The position numbers were made by a program, and so were the translations under genes. Below the pieces are notes generated by a model, which made no database searches, was not told the origin of the DNA, and worked only from the letters and a program-made list of their open reading frames with translations. Positions 1-15,200 of a stretch of DNA of 64,000 bases are shown here, in pieces; positions within the stretch are counted from its first letter, which is position 1, and each line of letters starts with the position of its first letter. This stretch comes from the human T2T-CHM13v2.0 reference genome, Homo sapiens, in assembly GCF_009914755.1 (NCBI RefSeq), contig NC_060940.1; one strand, given 5' to 3'.

Positions 1-1261
1 CATAATGACTTTTCCCAAATCTCCAAATATGCCAGCCTATTTCATACCTCTAACAGGCTCATCCTTTCCTCTCACATCCTGATCCCCATCTGCCTAGCAA
101 ACTTCTGTTCATCCTACAAAACCCATCTCAAGAATCTGCAGAAGGAAGGCTTTCTCTAGTGCACTCGAGGAGTGCCATAACTCTGTCCTTTGCATATGCC
201 CCTCTAATTAAATGCATCAAATACAGTGCATTGTAATTATTTGCTTACAAGCCTGTTTCTAACTCCAGAATGTAAGCTTCTTGCCTATAGGGATCATGTG
301 TAATTGGCACATACAAGGAGCTCAGTAAATAATTGTTGAAGGAATATTAAATTGCATTTATTAAAAGAGAATTTTCACTAGGCCAAAACACTTCTCAGAG
401 GAACTATTTCGCTCATTTGGTTTGTTTTTCTTAATTTAAAATGTCAGTCTTTGGCTCCTTCCAATGTTTCTACTTAACAGAGTCCAGGTTAAGTAAGAGT
501 TCAGTATGTGTGATGTAATGTCTTCTTTCAGAGAATATTAAAAAGAAAAGTTAGACAAATATATTCTCAGCTAACTCTTAGGAAGGAGAACCAGACAGAA
601 TAGGGTTTGCCATTAAAGCTCTGTCTTTATAGATTTGCACCATTGAATTCTAAAAGACAGAAAAAAAAAGAAACGTTTTAGAGTAGACATCCTTAGGCAC
701 AAAATTCCTTTTCTGTAGGGAATTGAGTTCTGTTCACCTCTAGGAACTCATAAGGAGCTGAGTCTAAAAGAGTTCAAATTTAGAGTAGACTGCAGCCTTG
801 TAAAGCAGAATCTCATAATGTATATTATTAAATTAGTGAATGCTTCCAGATGCTGCAGGGACGTGTACGTGTCACATTAATAACTATCATGATCACCATA
901 ATCATACCCTCACCCCCATCTCTATCATCTCTCTTTGCTTTTTCTTTATCTTAAATGTCTCAAAAAACTCATTTCCTATACTTTTTTTCTGCCATCTTCT
1001 ATTCCCAAGCCCCTCCCTTCTTTGCAGAAAAGCCAGCAAAAATTTTTTTGCTCCCAGTTAAATCTTTGAACAAGTTAAAATCCTTTCTACCCAATACACA
1101 ACATGTAAAATGTAAACAAATCTCAAAGAACTTTAATGTCAAACACTGCCTCTTCTATTTACACATGCGTTACAGTAGCCCAGATCCTTTAACACACTTA
1201 AATAAATATAAACATTGCTTGATAAAAATGTTTTCCCCCAGTTTTAAAAAAATAATTTTTG

Positions 1262-1585
<324 letters not shown>

Positions 1586-1734
1586 TTAGCAGTAATAAAC
1601 CAAAACTCTGAGAAACTTATTTCCATTAAGACCAAAGGCTTGGGGTCATCAGACCTAGGTTTAAATCTTTTTTAGCCTCAGTTTCCTCACTAAATAATGG
1701 AGATAACAATAAAAAGAGTGAGCCTACTCTAACA

Positions 1735-2265
1735 ATTACCTATTGGCATCTAACAAATTGCCCCAAAACTTAATGTTAAAAACAACAATAATAAACACTA
1801 CTTATTTATCATAGTTTCCATGATTCAAGAATTCAAAAGAAGTTTGGCTACGTGATTCTGGCTTGGAGTCTCTCATGAGATTGTAGTCAAAGATACAGCC
1901 AGGTCTACAGTCATCTGAAGGGTTGACTAAGGTTGGAGAATCCACTTCCAAGATGGCTTATGACCAGCAAATTGGTTCTGACTGTTGGTGGAAGGACTCA
2001 GTTCCTCCTCTCACAAGTCCTTTAACATGGCTGCTTGAGTGTCCTCAAAGCATGATGACTGGCTACCTCCAGGGTAAGCAAGCCAAGAGACGATGGGAGA
2101 AGCTACAGTGTTCTTTTTGACCCAGAAGTCACACACTGTCACTTGCACAACATCTATTAGTCACACAGATCAGCCCTATTCAATGTGAAATAGGCCACAC
2201 ATTTACATGAATGTAAATACCAGAAAGTGATAATAACTTGGAGCCATCTTGGAATCCATCTATCA
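1735..2265 (-). mobile_element. MLT1-family (ERVL-MaLR) solo LTR splitting a MIR (MIR halves ~1640-1720 and ~2270-2350)
   Basis: Antisense MLT1 motifs (aacaaattgccccaaaactta, cacttccaagatggct, cagaagtcacacactgtcacttg); MIR core cctcagtttcctc upstream and gattaaatgagataatg downstream. Confidence 0.75.
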
Positions 2266-3301
2266 CATCCATCTCATGCATTTATTAAGAAGATTAAATG
2301 AGATAATGTTTGTAAAAGACTTCACTTTGCACAGTGCCTGGCACGTAATTGTTACTGGTGTTATTGTTAGCAGAAAGTTTGGTTTAAAAAAAAAAAAAAG
2401 AAAAGAAAAAACTAAAGCGAAAGGAATTCTATGCAATTAACTTTGCTTTCTGGAAGTAAATGTGAATGCATAAAACTGTTCACATGTCTTCAACTTTGGC
2501 TTCTGCTACAGTGAGGGCAAGGGCTACTATACTCTGGAATGTTGATAAATATTATTTTTACCCCCAAACACCATTTTCACAAGAAAATATCAAATTAAAA
2601 ACAAGGAAAATACTCAAATACCGTATGACTTTGGTTGTCAGTGGGGGGTTTTCTAGGCATTCACTGAGTATAAGGATTAATTTTCACTTTTTAATCCTGC
2701 TTCATCTTCTAGCTTTCTACTGTCTCTAAAGCTGTTGTGTGCTATGGTTTTCTATTTATTTGATCTTTTTAAAACTGGATTATTTCAGGTTTTATAGGTT
2801 TCACATTGGCCTCTGCTCTCTTCCCCTTGAAAAGCTTCTTAAAAACAATCTGTCTCTGCAGGATATGTGCCTTCTTATATCTTAGGTAGATAAAAGAAAG
2901 ACAGATTCCATTAAGAATTCACTTATTTGACCCATGTTAAAGAAAAGGAAAATGCAGATGTATAATGAAAAGGAGTTTTTCCAAAGCCTCAAATTACAAA
3001 ATGAACTGCTTCTCCATGGGAAAGTATCAGGTACTGGAAACTTGTTCAAACTGTAGAAGTTTCCAGGTCAGACACAGGCAAAGAAAAAAATCAAATAGCC
3101 AACTAAGGACCATGTAGGAAGAAGGAAAAAACAGAAACAGAGAAAGGTATGGTTGCAAAAAGTGCTTATTATTTGTGAGCCCCAATTTACATCATTTTCA
3201 TGACTCATACCAAGAATCTACAAGTATTATAGTTTCAAAACAGACTACTTTTGTCACAAGGAAATTCAATTATCTTATTTTTCAATTTAATAAGTAGTAG
3301 A

Positions 3302-4372
3302 TGTGAAAGGCAATTTTATGTGTCAACTTGACTGGGACACGAGATGCCCAGATATCCAGCTAAACATTATTTCTGGGCATGTCTATCTAGATGTTTCTGG
3401 AAGAGATTAGCATTTGAATCAATGGGCTGTGTAAAGTTCATTGCCATCCCCAATATGAGTGAGCAGCATCCAATTAACTGAGTGCCTCAATAGAACAAAA
3501 AGTTGGAGGAAGGGAGGATTTACCCTCCCTGCCTGACTGCTTGAGCTGAGATATCAATCTCTTGCCCTCAGTGCTCATGGTTCTCAGGCCTACAGATGCA
3601 AACTGGAATCTACACCATTGGCTCTCCAGCTCTCAGGCCTTCAAACCACACCATCAGCTTTCCTGGATCTTCACCTTGCAGATAGTATATTTGTTAGGGG
3701 AGTTTGAACCAGGGTAACTCCATGCTGAATAGGGGCTAGGTAAAATGAGGCTGAGACCTCCTAGGCTTCATTCCCAGCCAGTTAGGCATTCTAAGTCACA
3801 GGACGAGATAGAAGGTCAGCACAAGATACAGGTCATAAAGACCTTGCTGATAAAACAGGCTGCAGTAAATAAAGCCAGCTAAAACCCACCAAAACCAAGA
3901 TGGTGATGAGAGTGACCTCTGGTTGTCCTCACTGCTACACTTCCACCAGTGCCATGAAAGTTTACAAATGCCATGTCAATGTCAGGAAGTTACCCTATAT
4001 GGTCTAAAAAGGGGAGGCATGAATAATCCACCCCTTGTTTAGCATATAATCAATAAATAAACATAAAAATGGGTAACCAGCAGCCCTCAGGGGTGCTCTG
4101 CCTATGGGGTAGCCATTCTTTATCCCTTTACTTTCCTAATAAGCTTGCTTTCACTTTATTCTGTGGACTTGACCTGAATTCTTTCTTGTGTGAAATCCAA
4201 GAACCCTCTCTTGGGGTCTGGATTGGGACCCCTTTCCAAAAACATATTGTGGGACTTCTCAGCCTCCATAATCCCACAAATCAATACCTTATCGTAAATG
4301 TCTTCCTAGATATAGATATAAACACAGATATGGATATGCTATTTGTTCTGTTTCCCTAGAAAACCCTGACTT
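3302..4372 (+). mobile_element. MLT2 (ERVL) solo LTR, interrupted by MER41A
   Basis: Start ttttatgtgtcaacttgactgg; end ttctgtttccctagaaaaccctgact; sequence is continuous across the MER41 insert. Confidence 0.85.
3692..4244 (+). mobile_element. MER41A solo LTR (ERV1)
   Basis: TG...CA termini, 4-bp TSD tatt, MER41 body; lacks the TTCCGGGAA/TTCCTGGAA block characteristic of MER41B. Confidence 0.9.
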
Positions 4373-4867
4373 AAAATAGTACAGTATCTACTATATGCAA
4401 AGAACTATGTTAATTAATTCTAAATAAAAACATATTGTTTTTGAGGAGTAAAGATGAAACTCAGTGATACGGTTACTAGCATATGGTAATAAGCACCTAG
4501 AAATCCAACAGAATTTTGACCTTGACTCTGCATATCTGCCAACATTCAGGCTTGGTTCACATCTCTAAGTGAAAAGCATTGTTACAGTTTGATTGAGCAG
4601 GTGATAAATTTTAATTTCAGTTTCAATGAGGTAGATAAGAGATAAAGTGATATCACCTTTTAAAAGATTTTATTGTGAAATATAATGTGCATACAGAAAA
4701 GTGCCTCACATAAAGAATTATTACAAAGTGAACACCTGTATAATAATCACCGAGGTTAAGAAACAGAGCACTGCCAACACCCCAGAAGACCCCTCTCACC
4801 CGTAGACGCTCTCTCCCCATTAAAGGTAACCACTATCCTCACTTTTTGTAGAAATCACTTTCCTTGA

Positions 4868-5177
<310 letters not shown>

Positions 5178-5535
5178 CCTTAATTCTCTTTTATGACTTA
5201 AGCATGCATCCCTAAACATTATACTTTTGCCTGGCTTTTAATATCTAGATGAATGGAATCACATATTATGTACGTTTTGTGTCTAGATTATTTAACTCTA
5301 ATGTATCTATTTTATTATATACAGCTGTAGTCCATTTTGTGTATAATAATCCACCATTTGAATTTACTGCAATTTATTTATCCATTCTACCACCAATTAA
5401 CATTTGGGTTGTTTCCAACTTGAGGTTGTTTCCTATTATTCTATGATGCTATGAACATTTTTGCAAATGTCTTTCCATGCACAAAGGTAATCAGAGTCTA
5501 TATCTAGGAAAGAAACTGCTAGATCATAGAGTATG

Positions 5536-6003
5536 TGCAGGATAGGCTCTCTGTGTGGTCTTGGACTGACTCTGTCCTCCCCCATCTCTTGCTTGTAGTT
5601 GTGAAGAATAACTGTAGAATATGCTAGGAATGCAACATCCTGAGATGGAAAGGGAATGGCTGGAACTGTCTGGGCTCTGTTCTACTAGCCCCCCGCCAGA
5701 ACAGGATGTCTTTCAATGCTTTAGCCCAGTGAGTCATATTATTCCAGGGTATAAAAACCAGGGAGGGCTACTTTCCAGGGTCCCTCAGCTGTGGTGCAAA
5801 GTGAGACTCCATCTGCCTTGGGATGGAGATGATATTTCCTGAAACTTGGGGGACTGGATTGCAATGAATCCTGGGTTTCTGGGTTCCTGGGTTTCTGCTG
5901 TCCCTTGTAATAAACTCACTTCATGTGATCTGTTGTATGTGAGTGTTCTGTCTTAACAAACTCAGACAAGTTGGTAATCGGTGCACAGTGAATCTCCTTC
6001 ATA
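5536..6003 (+). mobile_element. ERVL solo LTR (LTR32/LTR47-like)
   Basis: 5-bp TSD gtatg on both sides; gaataactgtagaatatgctaggaatgcaacatcctgaga motif; TATA-like ggtataaaaa. Confidence 0.75.
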
Positions 6004-6969
6004 GTATGCATATCTTAAGCTATAGTAGTTGAGACTGAATAGTTTTCCAAAGTGGTTGTACCTATTTATACTCCCATCAGCAGTATATGAGAGATCTGGT
6101 TGCCATCCAAACTTGCAAGCACTTGTTATTGACAATCTTAATTTTAGCTATCTGGTGGATGTGTCATGATAGCTCATTGTGGTTTTAATTTGCATTTCCC
6201 TGATTACTAATGAGACGGCGTATCTTTTCATACATTTGTTGGTCATTTGGATCTCCTCTTTTGTGAAAAGCCTTGTGAAGTGTTCAAGTCTCTTGGCTTT
6301 TTTCTATTAGGTTATCTTTTTCTTACTGATGTGCAGAAGTCCTTTAAATATTTTAAATAGAAGCCCTTTGTCAGTTAAATGTTTTTACAAATATCTTTTC
6401 CCACTCTACAGCTTGTTTTTGCATTTCAAATGGCTTCATGGGCCTACTTCCAGTTTATCCCTACTCCTTTGAAGCAGCCCTTTGAAATAGAAACCCAAAG
6501 AGATGGGGGTTCACTAGGCTCCCTCTATCCTTGGCAGGCTCTGGTCATCAATCCCTGTTGCATTATCCCCAAAAGGCTGCCCATCCACTTAAGTCTCACA
6601 GCTCTTCCTTGAAATTTTCATGTGCTCTCAGGGAAAGAAGGGGCTCCAATTTTGGGGTTCACCTCCCTGGGCCTCTACCCTCCCCTAGACTTGGCCTGGT
6701 AATCCTTCACCATCTTGTAAGCCTTCTAAAGCCTTGAAGCAAGCTTTGGTTTATAATCTGTCCAGCCTTTCTAGTCACCTTCAGGAGAGGGGTGGGCCTG
6801 AATTACCTAGCCTACCATTATCAGAAGCAGAAATCTCTCATTCATAACGTGAAGATGGTATACAGGGACAGATATTAATCTATGCCTAAAGAACTTTCCA
6901 ATTCAGAAAAGGAATTTTTTTAAAAAAATTTGAAGACAAAATGGCAAATTGTATGAAGCACAATACAAG

Positions 6970-7525
6970 TGTCAGAGGCGTGTGAACCAGAGCAACTCCA
7001 TCTTGAGTAGGAGCTGGGTAAAATGAGGCTGAGACCTACTGGGCTGCATTCTCAGACAGTTAAGGCAGTCTAAGTCACAGGATGAGACAGGAGGTCAGCA
7101 CAAGATACAGGTCATAAAGACCTTGCTAATAAAACAGTTTGCAGTAAAGAAGCCGGCTAAAGCCCACCAAAACCAAGATGGCCACGAGAATGACCTCTGG
7201 TCGTCTTCACTGCTACACTCCCAACAGCGCCATGACAGTTTAAAAATGCCATGACAACATCAGGAAGTTACCGTATATGGTCTAAAAAGGGGAGGCATGA
7301 ATAATCTGCCCCTTGTTTAGCAAATCATCAAAGAAATAACCCATAAAAATGGGCAACCAGCAGCCCTCGGGGCTGCTCTGTCTATGGAGTAGCCATTCTT
7401 TTATTCCTTTACTTTCCTAATAAACTTGCTTTCAGTTTACTCTATGGACTTGCCCTGAATTCCTTCTTGCACAAGATCCCAGAACCCTCTCTTGGGGTCT
7501 GGATCGGGACCCCTTTCCAGTAACA
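6970..7525 (+). mobile_element. MER41A solo LTR (ERV1)
   Basis: tgtcagaggcg...ccctttccagtaaca; TSD caag/cagg; closely similar to 3692-4244; GAS block absent. Confidence 0.92.
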
Positions 7526-10500
7526 CAGGAAGTGCCCAGGACTAGTAAAAGTCTACTGAGAGCATGGCTTAGGTTTCTGAAATTAACCTGGATCATCCAT
7601 TCATGCCACCTAATCCAAGACTTGTACAGCTGAAGTCTTGCCATCTTGATTGCTTCATTTTAGGTATCAGGCTGAGATACAATTCCTGTTACCTGAGATG
7701 GACATTTAGTATATCAACACTGAATGGCTGAATTACAGTGGCCAAAAGTGAATTTTTTATTTATCTACCAAGCAAGAAAGGGCACATTTTCCAGACCCTT
7801 CTCACTTGAAGAACACAAAAGAACAATACATGTTTTTGAAAATACATTAAAATTGAGGTTCTCTGAACTTTATCAAATTCAAGCCTGGGCTACTGATCTT
7901 CTTTCAGAAAGAGTCTTGATCCATGCATGGATCTAGACTGGGAAACTCACTATCATGAACACCCTCAGACACCCTGGGGAAAGGCAAAGTACTTATCTCT
8001 GAAACATCCAGCCTCTCATTCTAAGTCCATTAACCCAATTGGTACACTCTCTCCCTCCTCTGTCTGGGCTCTCCCTGTTTCCTTTGATCAAACTGTTTAA
8101 GGGTAAAATGCCTGGAACTTTCTTCTTCCACCCTGTTCCCTTGTCCATGCTTAGACTCATCCCACAGATCTCAGCTGAAACAGCACTTAATCTAGAAATC
8201 CTTTCTCTGAAGGCTTCCTAGACCCTTGACCTCTCTGACATCCCCTTCTTATATGTCCTCACAGCAATGCACTTTTCACATAAGATATAAATATGTAACT
8301 AAATTTTTATGTCTTCCTTCCCTACCAGAGAGCAAGCTTCAGGAGGTCAGAGATCTCAACCAGCTTGTTCATTGCTGTTATACATGCCTTGCATAGTGAT
8401 TGGCATAGAGTCAATAAATATTTGTTGAATGACTGGATTGACAGCTGAATCACTGATCTGTTCATTACATTTTCCTTCTCAAAGATATCTTCATTTAAAA
8501 AAAGAATAATTTCGCAGATATTTATTGGTTTTTACTATCCTGCATCCATCCCCCCAACCTCTTGCTGGAAACAATGTCATGGGTTTCCCTAAGGAAACCC
8601 CTCACTCCAATCCAGGAGTGGCCTATCCCAGTATTGCACCTCCCTAGCTATATGGTTCAGAACACAGCACATGACCCAAGCCAAGCCCACCAAAGCCAAT
8701 GAGGCTTAATTCTGATTTTGGGGTGAACTGCTGCAAGAGAGGCAATGCTTTCTTTGTATTGAGGTGCTGAAATCGGGATTTGAGCCTGAAGCTGCTGGCA
8801 GCCATTTTGCCCCTAGGAGGGGAGAGGCTGTCTGAGAACAAAGCCACACAAATGACAGCAGTGCCAACAGACTGACTTCTTAGGCCATCATTTGAATTCT
8901 TAGATCCAGCCACGAACTTCTGAGTCATCTGAGCCAGTCAATGTTTTTTGACACAAGTGTCATCTGAGCTGTATGCTGTGACCATAGTATCTTGACAAAG
9001 TGAATTCCTTATAAATAATTGCAGTCCATCTATTATTTGTAATGTATCATTGCATGAATAACTTGAATAACCATCTAGACTGTAACTTGCAAAAGCAGTT
9101 TTTGATGGTCTTTCTCAATTTGTCAAATATGCTAATTTAAACATGGCAGACAAGCTATTTTAAAGCCATGTTTGCCTTACTAAAATATAATAACTTCTAT
9201 CTTATATGCCTTTGATTCTGTCAACACCAGAGTCTGAAAGACTGGTAGGATTTCAGGAGCACAAAGTGAGAACACCTTTTGTTACTACAGCCATCACACA
9301 TGACGAATGTTCATTTGGAGAATTTGCTTCAACTATTACAGACACATGCATGGTATGTGCATGTGTATACACACCACTTAAGCTAATCTATTTTATAAGA
9401 TTCTTATGAATGCTATGCAATTCATATTATTTTCATTGCAGCAAATTCTTAAACAAATACACATTTGTTTACACATTTGCTACAATGAAGAACAGGTATT
9501 GAAATTACCATTTATTGATAACTAAAATTCCTTACTTTGGATGCAACCATCAAATCAATGAAGGCTTATTCATATTTTAATGTAAACAAGAGATGTAATG
9601 GCCCTCTTTTGCTTGTTTAACAATAAATAAATAAGCTGCAGTCTACCATTTCTTAGTGACTTCTTTATGAAAGAAATCTAAGCAACAGAAATCCTGAGCA
9701 TATTAATTTCTTTTCCTAACACCTGCAACAATCCATCCTTTCATCCAGTTGTTGTACCAGTTTTTCTAATCTATAGAATTTTCTAACATGAGAAAATGTC
9801 TTCTCATATGCATATATAATGAATTTAGTAGATCATTTTCTCAAACCTATTCATCTTGCTTGGATTCAAGTTTGTGTTTTCAATTAAAAATACTCTTTAA
9901 CTGCTCCTAACCCTTTTAAACAATCTATTAAAATATTTCTTTTGGCTATCCAGTGTAATTCCCTCTCCCTTGTCCCTCCCCTATTCTCCTTCTGGTAAGA
10001 ACCCACTGCCCTCTCCAGAGAGGTAGGCAGACATAGCCAATCATAGTATCCTATACTCTTCTGCTCTGATTGGTCTTGGGGGTGTACATGTGACCCTAAC
10101 AATGCCTGTCATAATCCTTCCCTTGAATGATGGCCAGATTTTGGGAAAGAGAAGTTATTTCTTTGGGCTTGCTGGGCCAAAAATGAATTTAAAGGTATTG
10201 GTAGCCTCATCACATGGAGAAGTCCTTCTGTAGAGCAAAGCCAAGTATATAAAAGCAGAGATGTGAGCAGGGTGGATAGATGCATAGATGGATGGAAGGA
10301 GGTAAGAAAGATGAATACAAGTGAATCATAGCAGACATTGAGAGCAGTTCCAAACTTTGAGACCCTGATGTCTGTGGTTCATCTTTTGATCCTGTGAACC
10401 ATCCTAGTGTCCTAACTAAACGGACTAATAAATTTATTATTTTGATTAAGCTGTATTGAAGTAAAAGTTTCTGTCACTTGAAATCTAGCATTCTCTATGA

Positions 10501-10940
10501 CAATTACTATATTTGTAGGCATCATACATTTACCTAAAATTTATTCCTGGAGTTTATTAGGAAGATTTGCAAATAACCACTATGCAATGGTATGAATTGC
10601 TATTTCCAAGCAAGTTAAAAATGCCTCATTTCTATTAGAATAGGAGAGAATAAGCTTATACTTTTTGTACCTATATATAATATATAGACTAATTAATCTG
10701 TGCCAAGCACAGTGAAGTATGCTTTACAATGCCTGGAAATTCAGGAATTAAGAAAAATTGCTGGATCTCTGGATTAGGTAACCCAGGACAGGTAATTCCA
10801 TACACAAATTATTCTATTCTTATGAATCTCACATTTGAATATGACCAGCACATACCAATGTCTTTGCAGAGGCTCATATGGGTCCAAAGAATTCCAGTCA
10901 TCCAGAATGTGTGAGTCCAGAACAGATAACAGAAAATAGT

Positions 10941-11228
<288 letters not shown>

Positions 11229-11989
11229 CTAAAGATTGGAAAACTGACACATTTTACATGCATTTTCTCCAAGTGCTAACAATGTGAGTTATTTTTGCAA
11301 ACATTATTAAACATATTAATAGTTTGCAAACATTATTAAAAATTGATCTTGTTTGTTAACCAAATTCTGACAAAAAAGTAACACCTGGGAATCAGATTTC
11401 CCTTCACAGAAAAATGCTTAGAATTCTTTTAATAAAGCCAGCTATACACAGAAGAGCAAACTTGGATTTACTCATTGACACTTCCATGGCTCCAACTGAA
11501 ATCAATAGAGAAAGGGACCAGTGCTTTCATCAATCTCCACCAGCCATTAGGGATGTGGCAATTTCCAGAAGCAAGTGAACAGCAAGCTAGTTTGACCGTT
11601 CTCGATTGAGTGCTTTCAACATTGATCACTGGCTCTTATACATCCTTACTAGCAGATACTTGTTAAATGCTGCATGTCTACCTTTTATTAAAATGTCAAA
11701 TGTAATTCTTTTAATTCATATTGGATGGGTGTCATAACAGAATTCAGTAATGAAAACCAATGACAGAGATTGGTTACATAATGTAACACTGTACTTGAGC
11801 TGTCTGGCATATAACAGGGCCATTTTTCTTCTTTTAGTTATCACGTTGGTAAATATTGAGAGGAAATTCTTAGTGTGCTGCTTTCACAGGGTTTGGCCAG
11901 ATCAATTCCCATTAACAGCATGAAAAATATCTGTTTCCACTCTATATCTCTAACAAGGAAAACAATAAGATATTCTTCTAAAAGTGAAG

Positions 11990-12261
11990 AGGACTTCCAC
12001 TTCTAGTAATGGCAACTAACAGTTGAACCAACCATCCATGTAAACACAATGAAAAGCTATAGGTGAAAAAAAAATTAATCTCCTTAAAGAGCTGTCAAGA
12101 TAGTAAATGATTACCAGACCAAACAATAAAAGAAATCAAGCACCACAGAAGTAAGCAAAGCCCTAGAACACCATAGTCACTTTTGCCCTTAGGGCATTTG
12201 CTGATCCAGAAAAATCTGGGCCTTGGTTTTGGTGGCCTTACCAGCCAATGAGATAGAAGTC
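11990..12261 (+). mobile_element. Ancient L1M 5'-end fragment (host of the L1PA; resumes at 18164)
   Basis: Resembles the 27970-28900 element; sequence continues co-linearly after the duplicated target site. Confidence 0.55.
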
Positions 12262-15200
12262 GGACGCTACAATGGCAGACTAGAAGGAGCTCATGTGTGC
12301 CACTCTCAGAGAGGGAACAAAAAGGCCAATGAATACAGACCCTACATAGTGATCATCTGAGAAACCACATTGGGATGCATCAGGGCAACAGGGGAAAACA
12401 GAGAATAGAGAGGAGCAAAGCTGCGCACCAGCCTGTCTGGGCTCAGCGTGGAGCCAGGAGAGGCTCTCCAACACGGGAAAGGGGAAGTGAGTGAGAACCC
12501 CTGGGGGATTCATGCTCTCTACAGACGCCTGTGCAAGACTGGGAATGAGAGAATCATCCTGTCCCCCTGAAACCCATCCCCAACACTTATAGAATGAGGC
12601 AGAGAGCCACCCCAGCATTTTGCAGGGGTAATTCCGAGTCCAAGGGGACCCCCACAAGCCTTGGGCCCCAGAGCAGACCAGCACCAGTGCCACAGCTCCA
12701 ACAGAGGCCACAGTTGTAGTTCCGAGGAGCACCAACATTGTTCTGCCACTGCTTGCCAGCCAGGGCTCAGTGTCAGCTTCTGGCCCACCTCCAGCCTGAA
12801 ATTGGCTGGCCACCTCTCCTACCCTGCCATTGATAGCCAGCTATGCAACACTTGCTGGAGCCTCCAGCTCAGTGGTTTCATTTTTGCGTGAACTCAGCTG
12901 GAGGGCACAGCCTCCTGTTGTCACAGGAAGACCCTACCCACCCCTGCCACTGGTAGCCAAGTGGACAACTAAGTAGAGCTTCTAGCCCAGCAGCCTTGCT
13001 TCTGTGTGAACTCAGCTAAAGAGCACAGCCTCCTGTTGTCCTGGAGAGCAGAGCATGTGACCCTACTGACCTCAACCACTGATAACCAGGCAGACAACAC
13101 CTGCTAGAGCTTCTAGCCCTGCAGCCCTATGTCTCCCTGAATTTGCTGAGAGGTGCAGCCTCCTATTGCTTTGGAAACACCCAGACAGTAGGGCTGGCAA
13201 TCCTACCCACCCCAAAGGCCCATAGCCAGATGGGCCACACCCACTAGAGTTTCCAACTCAGCAGTCCCATTTCCACCTGAACTCTGTGGGTGGACACAAC
13301 CCTGTGTTTCCCCAGGAAGCACATGAACAGCAGATTAGGGCTGACCTGGCAAGGACATGTCTTGTTGGCCAACTGCAGCCCCAGCCTGAGGGAGCCCTGT
13401 AGACCAGAATATCCAACAAAAGAAAGCAGACACAGAGACAGTAATAGGAGGAGGCTCCTCTAAGACCCAGAAGACTAGAATCGAAGCCAGTCAATCAAAC
13501 TTGCCTTATACCATAATCAAACATTCAAAGGCATCAAAGAAAATAAAAATCAAAACAATCCATCCAAAAGGACAAAGACTGAAGGAACATTGGCCCACAC
13601 AGCTGAGAGAGAACCAACGCAAGAACTCCAGCAACTCAAAAAGTCAGAGTGTCTTCTTTCCTCCCAACCACACTAGTTCTCCAGCAAGGGTTCTTAACCA
13701 GACTGAGATGGCTGAAATGACAGAAATAGAATTCAGAATATGGATAGAAACTAAGATCATCAAGATTCAGGAGAATGTTGAAACCCAATCCAAGGAAGCT
13801 AAGAATCATAATAAAACAATACAGAGCTGACACACAAAATAGCCAGTATAGAAAAGAATGTAACTGACCGATAGAGCTGAAAAACACATTACAACAATTT
13901 CATAAAGCAATCACAAGTATTAACAGCAACACAGACTAGGCTGAGGAAAGACTCTCAGAGCTTGAAGACCGACTTTCTGAAATATAACAGTCAGATAAGA
14001 ATAAAGAAAACAGAATAAAAATGAATGAACAAAACCTCCAAGAAATATGGGATTATGAAAAGAGACCAAATCTATGACTCACTGGTGTCCATGAAAGAGA
14101 CTGGGAGAAAGGAAGCAACCTGGAAAATGTGTTTCAGGATACCATCCATGAAAACTTCCCCAACCTAGCTAGAGAGGCCAACATTCAAATTCAGAAAATG
14201 CAGAGAACCTCCAAAAGACACTTCACAAGAAGATCATCCCCAAGACACATAATCATGAGCCCTCCAAGGTTGAAATGAAGGAAAAAATGTTAAAGGCAGC
14301 TAGAGATAAAGGACAGGTCACCTACAAAGGGGAAACCCATCAGACTAACAGCATATTTCTCAGCAGAAACCCTATAAGCCAGAAGAGATTGGGGGTCTAT
14401 ATTCAACATTCTTAAAGAAAAGAAATTCAAACCAAAAATTTCATATCTGCTCAAACTAAACTTCATAAGCAAAGGAGAAATAAGACCCTTTTCAGACAAG
14501 CAAATGCTGACAGAATTTGTTACTATCACAACTGCCTTACAAGAGCTCCTGAAAGAAGCAGTCAATATAGAAAGACCATTACCAGCCATTACAATAACAC
14601 TCTTAGCTACACAAACCAGTGAGACTATAAAGCAACCACACAAACAAGTCTTCATAATAACCAGCTAACTATATGATAACAGAATCAAATCCACACATAT
14701 CAATACTAACCTTGAATGTAACTGGGCTTGATGCCCCAGTTAAAAGGCACAGAGTGGCAAGCTGAATGAAGAAGCAAGACCCAATGGTATGCTGTCTTCA
14801 AGAGACCCATCTCACATGCAATGACACCCATAGGCTTGAAGTAAAGGGATGGAGAAAAATCTACTAAGCAAATAGAAACAAAAAAAAAGCAGAGGCTGCA
14901 ATACTAATTTCAGACAAAACAGACTTTAAACCAACAAAGATCAAAAAGGAAAAAGTAGGGCATTACATAATGATGAAAGGTTTAATTTAACAAGAAGACC
15001 TAACTACCCTAAATCTATATGCAGCCAAAACAGGTGCACCCAGATTCATAAAGCAAGTTTTTAGAGATCTATGAATAGGCTTAGTTTCACAAACAATAAT
15101 AGTTGGAGATTTCAATACCCTACTGACAGCATTAGACAGATAAGGCAGAAAATTAACAAAGAAAGTCAGGACCTAAACTCAACACTAGATCAAATGGACC

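Noticed and set aside
2614-2882. Possible minus-strand exon ending ...MPRKPPTDNQSHT|GTATTT
   Set aside because: Weak acceptor and donor, and an unrecognised peptide; cannot be supported.
12280-12813. 177-aa antisense ORF in the L1 5'UTR (ORF0-like?)
   Set aside because: Starts at GTG, lies in GC-rich 5'UTR of an old decayed L1, and resembles no protein I recognise; likely chance.
12830-13330. Spaced repeats superficially resembling a CRISPR array
   Set aside because: Degenerate tandem units within an L1 5'UTR in eukaryotic DNA; no conserved repeat/unique spacer structure and no cas genes.
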